Below are positions 57,513 through 64,000 of a stretch of DNA of 64,000 bases, in pieces. The first letter of the stretch is position 1, and each line of letters starts with the position of its first letter. The notes below the pieces were generated by a model. That model saw only the letters and a list, made by a program, of their open reading frames with translations, was not told the DNA's origin and ran no database searches. Position numbers and translations under genes: made by a program. The stretch is from the IMG/VR virus record IMGVR_UViG_3300010885_047555; one strand, 5' to 3'. This DNA is from an uncultured virus (IMG/VR IMGVR_UViG_3300010885_047555) (taxonomy: Duplodnaviria > Heunggongvirae > Uroviricota > Caudoviricetes).

Positions 57513-58105
57513 TTAGTCCGTTTGGGGTAGAACACGGTGGAATATATAAAGCCAAAGATCCATGCTGGGACGGTTACAAACAAGAAGGCATGAAGAATAA
57601 GGGCGGAAGATTAGTCCCCAATTGCATTCCAAAAACAAAGAAGGTTTCTAAATCCTGGCAAACTAAGGATGGCAAGAACCCAAAAGGTGGTCTCAACGAA
57701 AAGGGTCGCAAGTCGTACGAGCGAGAGAACCCGGGTTCAAACCTAAAGCCACCAGTAAAGGCCGGAAACAATCCTAGAAGGTCCTCATTCCTTGCCCGTA
57801 TGGGTAACATGCCGGGACCAGAACATAAACCTAATGGTGAGCCTACGAGACTCCTATTATCGTTGCAGGCATGGGGAGCTTCGTCTAAAGCAGATGCAAA
57901 AAGAAAAGCAGCAGCAATATCCAAAGGTTTTATTCCACCAGAACCAATAAGAAAATTACCTACGCACGCAATTGTCAATGGACGTAAATTCAGAGTTTCT
58001 CACATAGAAAACGATTGGGTGTATGTACATGACGAAAATGGAGTAATGGGGCATCATAGAAGCCGCGTTATATTTCCTAAAACAAGAAAGCCAAAACAGC
58101 CTTAA
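57509..58105 (+). CDS. modular putative internal head protein: SPFGVEH, CWDGY..PNC module and DUF6321-like module
   Basis: PCWDGYKQEGMKNKGGRLVPNCIP; GKNPKGGLNEKGR...RRSSFLARM...TRLLLSLQAWG. Confidence 0.7.
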   Translation: MISPFGVEHGGIYKAKDPCWDGYKQEGMKNKGGRLVPNCIPKTKKVSKSWQTKDGKNPKGGLNEKGRKSYERENPGSNLKPPVKAGNNPRRSSFLARMGNMPGPEHKPNGEPTRLLLSLQAWGASSKADAKRKAAAISKGFIPPEPIRKLPTHAIVNGRKFRVSHIENDWVYVHDENGVMGHHRSRVIFPKTRKPKQP

Positions 58106-58158
58106 CCTGGCTAGTATTATTTGAGACAATTAGACAATAGTTGCCCATAGGAGCAGAT

Positions 58159-61100
58159 GTGACATTCAATCCAATTTCAAGAGCTAAACTCGGCGTAGCT
58201 GCAGACGACCCATTTTTTGATGATGATGCAGCGGCAAAGATGTACCACGAGATTAGCAAAATGGATCAAGATGAAGCCACTGTTTTGCTGCAGATGGCTG
58301 CTTTTCACGTTGCAGCAAGAGACCTTACCCGCTACGGCGAAGTCATTGAGGCTGGATACAACAAAGAGATTGCCAAGCGCGCAGAACGCGTAAAAGGCAC
58401 ACTTACTCGCAATCTAATTTCAAAGGGAAAAGACCCCGCACCATATCTTGCCTATTTAGACGAAATCTCCAAAGCCGTTGATCCAATCACTGATTGGGAT
58501 ATATCTAATAGAGTAAAGCGACAGTTGCGCGATCCAGGTGGACGTTTCCGCGTCATGACTCACAAAATTGAGCCAAATATTCTTGATAAACCCATCAGAG
58601 CGGGAGAAGCGCAAAAACTTGGTATCCCAAAGCCATCTAGGGCTGGAGGAACTGATAAAGGTGTGCGTCTAGACGATGCTGCCAATAAGAAGTTTCAAGG
58701 CGATTACTATCAAGTATCTAATCTTTTAAAAACCATCCAAAATGATCCAATTACAGCTAAGGGCGCAGTCGTAACCCTTAATTACACGGATGGTACGACT
58801 GATCAATTCCTGACTACTGAGGGACAAGACAAATTAAAAGATAAGTTTGCGGGAGAGAAATACGCAACCGGCAATCGTGTAGCCTCTGTAGACTTAAGTT
58901 TCTTGCGAGAAGATAACCCTCAAATCGACCTCATGTCAGCAATGGGAGTTCCCGGTGGCGGTATGAGAAATCAAGCTATTAATTACATGTCAAACGTCAA
59001 CGGTCAAGATAAAGCTTTGGTTGATTACGGCACTAGCATGAATTCATATAGAGACACAGACGTATTAAACCCAGCAGACCGTGCCTACAGAAGACTTGGT
59101 GCGACGGCAAATCTTCTTTCTAACATACTTCCGGACTCTGCAATTAAGACTCAACTTGCTCTTAACGCTGCCAAATGGGCAGGATTTAACGCCACTGAGG
59201 TTGAACGTGTTATAGGACCGGGAGCACGTAAAGTGGCTTACCGATACCGAGGCATCGAAAAAGCTCCTAATCCTGGGCTACAAAAAACTATTGACGCCTA
59301 TATTGCTGGAACCAAGGGTAATAAGGACAAGGCTAGAGATATTCTCATTAACGGTTCCAATGTTGAAATGGCCACAAACAATGGAGTTCGTCAAGAATTC
59401 AAGGAAAGCCCAATCATTCAGTACTTGGTTAAAGATCTTCCAAAGAAAGAATTGGTAAACCTTCAGACTAAATCGGGAGCGATGCCACCCTCACGTGGAT
59501 ATATTATTGATCGCAACGGAAAGATTATTACTGAAGCTGCCGGCTACGGAGATGACCATTATCTTCCGTTTAACCTAAAAAACATCTCAAAGCTAAAAGG
59601 CGGAGAATACGTACGTACGCGTACGCTAGGTGGACCTACTACAGAAGACATCTACGCAGGCCTCATTTCTGGTGCTCGTAGCGTCACCGTTGTATCGCGC
59701 TCAGGTATCTACACCGTAGAGTTTGATGAAGCTTTCCGTGGATCGCGTCGCTATAACGATAAGGCCGCTCGTATGGTTGGCCGTTATGGAATGATTCTTG
59801 ATGCCGTTAAGAGCGGAGATGTAACTCTCGAAACGGTACCTGGCGACAGAATCGAAGAACTCAAATCTGAGGCATTCCGACTATACCCAGACGAAACCAG
59901 CGAAGGCTATGCGAGAGAACTTAATAGATTAAAGAAAGTTGAAGAATCTAATCCTCGCATGTCGCAGACGCGTTTGGACGAGACCGCCAGAGAATTCCTT
60001 CGCACAGTAGCTTCGCGCCAGAAGACCAGAGATGGCTCTGAAATGACCTATGACGAAATGGTTGCAGGTCTTATCAATAGAGACGTAGCAACACAGGTCG
60101 CGGAAGACACAGCATGGCTGGGTGGCATTCAAGGGGCACCTACTGGAACCATTGAAGCTAACGCTAGAGAAATGATTGCTACCAAATACAAGAACCCAGA
60201 AGCAATTATTAATACCATTGGTCTAGACGACGAATATAACAAATTCTTTGAAACCCAGATGAAAACCTATAAGGCTTCGCAAGCACCATTGCGCCTAGAC
60301 GGTCCGGGATATGCTTTTGCACTTGACGCAATGAAAGAACAATTCCCTTATTACATTAAGAGCATCAAATATCGCCAGCTTAATCAGTCGGACGCTGATA
60401 CTCGCAGGGACGTTGGTTATGTTAAACCTAATTTCACGCGTCCAGAAGGTGTTCAGGCTGGATACTACGATGCTTCAATTAATGGATCAAAGAAGATTAG
60501 CGCTGACCGTCTTAACTATCAAAACCTAAGAGTGGTGGGAACTTACGATAGATCTGGCGGACAACAGCCCGTAGATTACAATCCCCCTGCAAATCGTAGA
60601 GCAGAAACGAACAACGGTAATGAGGACAAAAACGTTGGATTTGGGGATACCAGAACACCAAACAGTAATCCGGAAACAAAAAAGAATTCAGCAAAAGACG
60701 TAAGAGAAATGTTCCAAAAACGTACTGCTACCGACAGAAACTATAATTCTCCTAAATTTGGCGTGGTTGCTAGCGGGTCAGAACTCGATGTGCACTTCAA
60801 AGCAGCTTTTCCATTTACCTTTGGCATGACTCCTACAGAATTTGATGAAGCTTGGGACGACAATCCAGACATGGTTGAAGCTTCAATGAAAAGAGAAATT
60901 GCTCAGTTGAGAGAGTTCTTCACTCTAGGAAACAGCGAATCTGCCAAGTTATTTGCCTTTAACAATGGTGGAAATGTGCCAATCATGAAATATGACAGAC
61001 TAAACCCACCGTTGTCTGAAATTCTAAAAGGATCAAAATTTGACTTTGGCGACCCTCTGTTTATGCCTGGAATTGAATCCGACAGAATTAAAGCAAAACT

Positions 61101-61557
61101 TGAAACTGATCCAAATCTAGCTGGCGCCAAGGCTAAAATTGTAGGAGCACTAGAAGCGGCTAAAATGCCTAAAGAGATGCTTACCGAGCCAACACCAGAA
61201 TTGGTAAGGGCGATTAAAGAAATAGTGAACCAACAGGTAAAAAATGTTCAAGCAATCAAAACAGACCAGGAGAGCACTGGTATGAAAGTTTACGGCCCAG
61301 AACGTTTAACGCAAGAAGCAAATTCCTTGGCCGATTTAACCAAAGTATGGCAACTTACGGACAATTATGTCCAGTCTGTAATAACAGAGGCCAAAACTGC
61401 TCGTGAGCGTCAAATGATTGAGTCTGGGGCGGGTTCCGGTCCGCGGGTTATTGGCTTGAATGTAAATGACGAAGATGCTATGAATAAAATTATTGAAGCC
61501 TTTGGACTTCCTAAGAATAAGGTTATTGACGAAAACGGAAACTACGTAGATGTCTGA
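58159..61557 (+). CDS. large head-associated protein with a degenerate JAB-like domain
   Basis: AGGAG RBS before GTG 58159; lies downstream of the portal; RDPGGRF motif. Confidence 0.65.
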   Translation: MTFNPISRAKLGVAADDPFFDDDAAAKMYHEISKMDQDEATVLLQMAAFHVAARDLTRYGEVIEAGYNKEIAKRAERVKGTLTRNLISKGKDPAPYLAYLDEISKAVDPITDWDISNRVKRQLRDPGGRFRVMTHKIEPNILDKPIRAGEAQKLGIPKPSRAGGTDKGVRLDDAANKKFQGDYYQVSNLLKTIQNDPITAKGAVVTLNYTDGTTDQFLTTEGQDKLKDKFAGEKYATGNRVASVDLSFLREDNPQIDLMSAMGVPGGGMRNQAINYMSNVNGQDKALVDYGTSMNSYRDTDVLNPADRAYRRLGATANLLSNILPDSAIKTQLALNAAKWAGFNATEVERVIGPGARKVAYRYRGIEKAPNPGLQKTIDAYIAGTKGNKDKARDILINGSNVEMATNNGVRQEFKESPIIQYLVKDLPKKELVNLQTKSGAMPPSRGYIIDRNGKIITEAAGYGDDHYLPFNLKNISKLKGGEYVRTRTLGGPTTEDIYAGLISGARSVTVVSRSGIYTVEFDEAFRGSRRYNDKAARMVGRYGMILDAVKSGDVTLETVPGDRIEELKSEAFRLYPDETSEGYARELNRLKKVEESNPRMSQTRLDETAREFLRTVASRQKTRDGSEMTYDEMVAGLINRDVATQVAEDTAWLGGIQGAPTGTIEANAREMIATKYKNPEAIINTIGLDDEYNKFFETQMKTYKASQAPLRLDGPGYAFALDAMKEQFPYYIKSIKYRQLNQSDADTRRDVGYVKPNFTRPEGVQAGYYDASINGSKKISADRLNYQNLRVVGTYDRSGGQQPVDYNPPANRRAETNNGNEDKNVGFGDTRTPNSNPETKKNSAKDVREMFQKRTATDRNYNSPKFGVVASGSELDVHFKAAFPFTFGMTPTEFDEAWDDNPDMVEASMKREIAQLREFFTLGNSESAKLFAFNNGGNVPIMKYDRLNPPLSEILKGSKFDFGDPLFMPGIESDRIKAKLETDPNLAGAKAKIVGALEAAKMPKEMLTEPTPELVRAIKEIVNQQVKNVQAIKTDQESTGMKVYGPERLTQEANSLADLTKVWQLTDNYVQSVITEAKTARERQMIESGAGSGPRVIGLNVNDEDAMNKIIEAFGLPKNKVIDENGNYVDV

Positions 61558-61909
61558 TATTAAGGTATATAACGTTAGATTCGCTAAAGGTGCTACTTGG
61601 AAGCTTGCCTTTACATGGTATGACAAAAACGCAACAACTGGGGTAAAGACGGCAAAGAACCTAACTGGATACACTGCAAAACTGCAAATTAGACGTTCTG
61701 GTACAGCCATTTTAACGACCAGTACAGCGCTTAACACTATTACCCTAGGTGGAACTGCTGGAACGGTAGTTTCAATCGCTTCAGCAACCCTTACAGGGGC
61801 TTGTGACGCAGGTTCTGCGGAGTGGGCTATTGAACTAACCTCCAGCGGAGGTGAAGTTACAGAGGTGCTTCGTGGTCAAGCAATGATTGAACCGGAGATT
61901 GTAGTTTGA
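61550..61909 (+). CDS. small virion protein (fibre base/adaptor)
   Basis: KGATW...NLTGYTAKLQIR...LRGQ..IEPEIV; precedes the fibre gene. Confidence 0.65.
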   Translation: MSDIKVYNVRFAKGATWKLAFTWYDKNATTGVKTAKNLTGYTAKLQIRRSGTAILTTSTALNTITLGGTAGTVVSIASATLTGACDAGSAEWAIELTSSGGEVTEVLRGQAMIEPEIVV

Positions 61910-63828
61910 TTGAAGTAATCGAGATTGAGGTAAACCCTACTGTCGTAGAGGTAATAGGAACAAATTCTTCTGTAGAGATTACAGAAGAGATGTTTGTAAT
62001 CGAGACCTCTGGTGTTGGCATTCAGGGTATTGATGGACCACAGGGTGCAACGGGTTCGTCAGGTCCTGCTAACACTTTATCTGTTGGTACCGTCACTGTG
62101 GGTGCGGCGGCGGCAAGTATTACTGGCACTGCTCCGACACAAACTTTAAATCTTGTTTTGCAGACTGGTCCGCAAGGAACTAATGGTTCTCAGGGTGCAC
62201 AAGGCGCACAGGGCGCACAAGGTGCACAGGGCGCAACAGGTTCAACAGGTGCAACAGGTGTTGGATATTCTGGGGTTGTTTCAACTAGCGCAATCACCAT
62301 TGGAACGGGAATCAAAACTTTCAGCTTGACGGGTGGAAATGCTGGCGCGTTCATTACTGGCCAACGAATCCGCGCGATTCATAGTGAGACACCAACTTAT
62401 TGGATGGAAGGTTACGCCAATTACATTGGTGGTGGAACTTTAATTCTGACAGTTGATGTGATTGCAGGTAGTGGTTCACACAACAACTGGAACTTTGGCA
62501 TCGCTGGCCAGGTTGGTTCACAAGGTGCAACTGGGCCACAAGGTGCACAAGGTGCACAGGGTAGTCAGGGTGCGGCTTCTACTGTTGCAGGTCCACAGGG
62601 TGCACAGGGTTCCGCTGGCGCACAAGGTGCTGCTGGAACGAACGGCACTAATGGTTCTCAAGGTGCACAAGGTGCACAGGGCTCTGCGGGCACTAACGGA
62701 ACTAACGGTTCTCAAGGTTTCCAAGGTGCTCAAGGGTCTCAAGGTAATCAAGGCGCACAAGGCGCACAAGGTGCTACTCCTGCTCTAGGTTCCGCTACAC
62801 CATTGGCTGTCAGCACAGCCGCCGTTGGTACTGCAACAAATGCTTCGCATGAAGACCACATTCACCCAACAACTAACTTGGCGCTACTTAACGCGGCTAA
62901 TGCGTTCACTGTTGGCGGTCATGTAATCCCTGCGGAAAATACTTCAACAGTGAACTTGATTTTGAAACTCAACGGCGCAGTTGGCAGTGGCATTGACCCG
63001 CTTCGGATTCAAACTAGCGGTGGAACAACACTTGGTTACATCAACAACTATGGTGGTTTTTACGGAGCAGCATTTGGACCCGCTAATCAAACTGGCGGAT
63101 TCATTACAACTGCCAACTCGTCAACCGTTTCCATAGCAACAAATGTGACAACCACTGTTCCGCTTACCGTCAAGGGTGCAGCGTCTCAGACAGCCAATTT
63201 GCAATCTTGGACAAACTCCGCGGGAACAGTTCTTGCCTACATTGACTCGGCTGGCAACACAAACTTCAGCGGCTCAGGTTCATGGGTTCAATCATCCACA
63301 GGTAAAGCCGCTTTTATTGTAAACTCTGCCACAGCAATTCCTCTCACCGCCAAAGGTGCGTCTGGTCAATCCGCCAACTTGCAAGAATGGCAAAATAGTG
63401 CTGGAACAGTGCTGGCTTATATTGACTCGGCTGGTGTTCAATATGTTCAATCAGGTTTGTATGTTGGTTTGTATCCCGCTGGAACCCGCGCCGCTATCAC
63501 TACTGGTTCGGCAGCAACCATCGGACTCATAGTTCGTGGTGTTGTGTCCCAGACGGCTAACTTGCAAGAATGGCAAAACTCTAGCGGAACTGTGCTTACC
63601 TCTGTAAATGCTTACGGTTCCGTAGGTATTGTTGGAACCGCGTTTACATCTAGCGCACAGTTATTTATTCGTACTGGAGCAGCGTCATATGTTGGTGCTG
63701 CTATTAGAGGTGAAGTCTCTCAAACAGGCGACTTGCAACAATGGCAAAATAGTGGTGGAACTGTGTTGGCAAAGGTAGACTCTGCGGGTGCTTTTCAAGC
63801 AGTAACCATTGACGGCGGAAGCGCCTAA
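61906..63828 (+). CDS. collagen-like fibre protein
   Basis: (G-X-Q)n tracts and four ANLQxWQNSxGTVL repeats; ends IDGGSA. Confidence 0.85.
   Translation: MIEVIEIEVNPTVVEVIGTNSSVEITEEMFVIETSGVGIQGIDGPQGATGSSGPANTLSVGTVTVGAAAASITGTAPTQTLNLVLQTGPQGTNGSQGAQGAQGAQGAQGATGSTGATGVGYSGVVSTSAITIGTGIKTFSLTGGNAGAFITGQRIRAIHSETPTYWMEGYANYIGGGTLILTVDVIAGSGSHNNWNFGIAGQVGSQGATGPQGAQGAQGSQGAASTVAGPQGAQGSAGAQGAAGTNGTNGSQGAQGAQGSAGTNGTNGSQGFQGAQGSQGNQGAQGAQGATPALGSATPLAVSTAAVGTATNASHEDHIHPTTNLALLNAANAFTVGGHVIPAENTSTVNLILKLNGAVGSGIDPLRIQTSGGTTLGYINNYGGFYGAAFGPANQTGGFITTANSSTVSIATNVTTTVPLTVKGAASQTANLQSWTNSAGTVLAYIDSAGNTNFSGSGSWVQSSTGKAAFIVNSATAIPLTAKGASGQSANLQEWQNSAGTVLAYIDSAGVQYVQSGLYVGLYPAGTRAAITTGSAATIGLIVRGVVSQTANLQEWQNSSGTVLTSVNAYGSVGIVGTAFTSSAQLFIRTGAASYVGAAIRGEVSQTGDLQQWQNSGGTVLAKVDSAGAFQAVTIDGGSA
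62167..62776 (+). repeat. 9-bp-period collagen-coding repeats in two tracts
   Basis: ggtgcacaa/ggcgcacag units. Confidence 0.85.
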
Positions 63829-63846
63829 TAACCTTAAGGAAAAATA

Positions 63847-64000
63847 ATGGCAATTGATTTCTCAACCCTATTAACAACTGAGCAAAAGCGTTCCGTACTT
63901 ACTGCCCGTGTAGAGCAGTTTGCTAATGAAGGCTACCAGCACACCCTCAACAAACAAATCTCTGAATCTGTTGGAGATGCCGAAGGTGTGGCTGCTTCTG
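63847..64000 (+). CDS. fibre-associated protein, truncated by the window end
   Basis: AAGGA RBS; MAIDFSTLLTTEQKRSVL... open to the edge. Confidence 0.6.
   Translation, partial: MAIDFSTLLTTEQKRSVLTARVEQFANEGYQHTLNKQISESVGDAEGVAAS

Noticed and set aside
62167..62776. Tandem repeats as a CRISPR array
   Set aside because: 9-bp period, in-frame collagen codons, no unique spacers
63170..63800. Repeated ANLQEWQNS units as DGR template/variable repeats
   Set aside because: All copies are in-frame in one ORF, differences are not adenine-specific, and no reverse transcriptase is present
1..64000. Lysogeny module or stop-codon reassignment
   Set aside because: No integrase or repressor recognised; genes are full-length and tightly packed under the standard code

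Overview
The window is most of the genome of a tailed dsDNA phage (siphovirus-type). Its host is probably a lower-GC actinobacterium, inferred from whiB, a DUF732-like lipoprotein and an actinobacterial-type lytic transglycosylase. It is cut inside the virion operon: the right end (terminase, portal, fibre genes) appears to lead on to the left end (fibre gene, MuF, protease, capsid, tail). Layout: 1-27.8 kb head and tail genes (+); 27.8-38.1 kb small early genes, an AAA+ ATPase and tRNA-Arg(UCU) (-); an AT-rich divergent region at about 38.1-38.5 kb; 38.8-47.5 kb replication genes (DnaB, primase, SSB, DnaE, HNH, Cas4-like); 48-52.3 kb Ntn protease, M23 endolysin, phosphoesterase, RuvC and WhiB; 52.4-64 kb packaging, head-associated and fibre genes. 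No integrase, reverse transcriptase or CRISPR array was seen. The most striking signal is a candidate capsid-cargo system. Five otherwise unrelated basic proteins in the head gene clusters share a short S[AP]FG[IV][EN]H tag. These proteins, MuF, the protease and the scaffold are punctuated by [IVL]-x-K sites that fall at module boundaries (11 of the 14 scaffold lysines fit). The XkdF-type prohead protease looks split, with its last E-x-S-L-V-D-x-P-A-N strand on the scaffold N-terminus. Family assignments come from motif recognition by eye, not from database searches.
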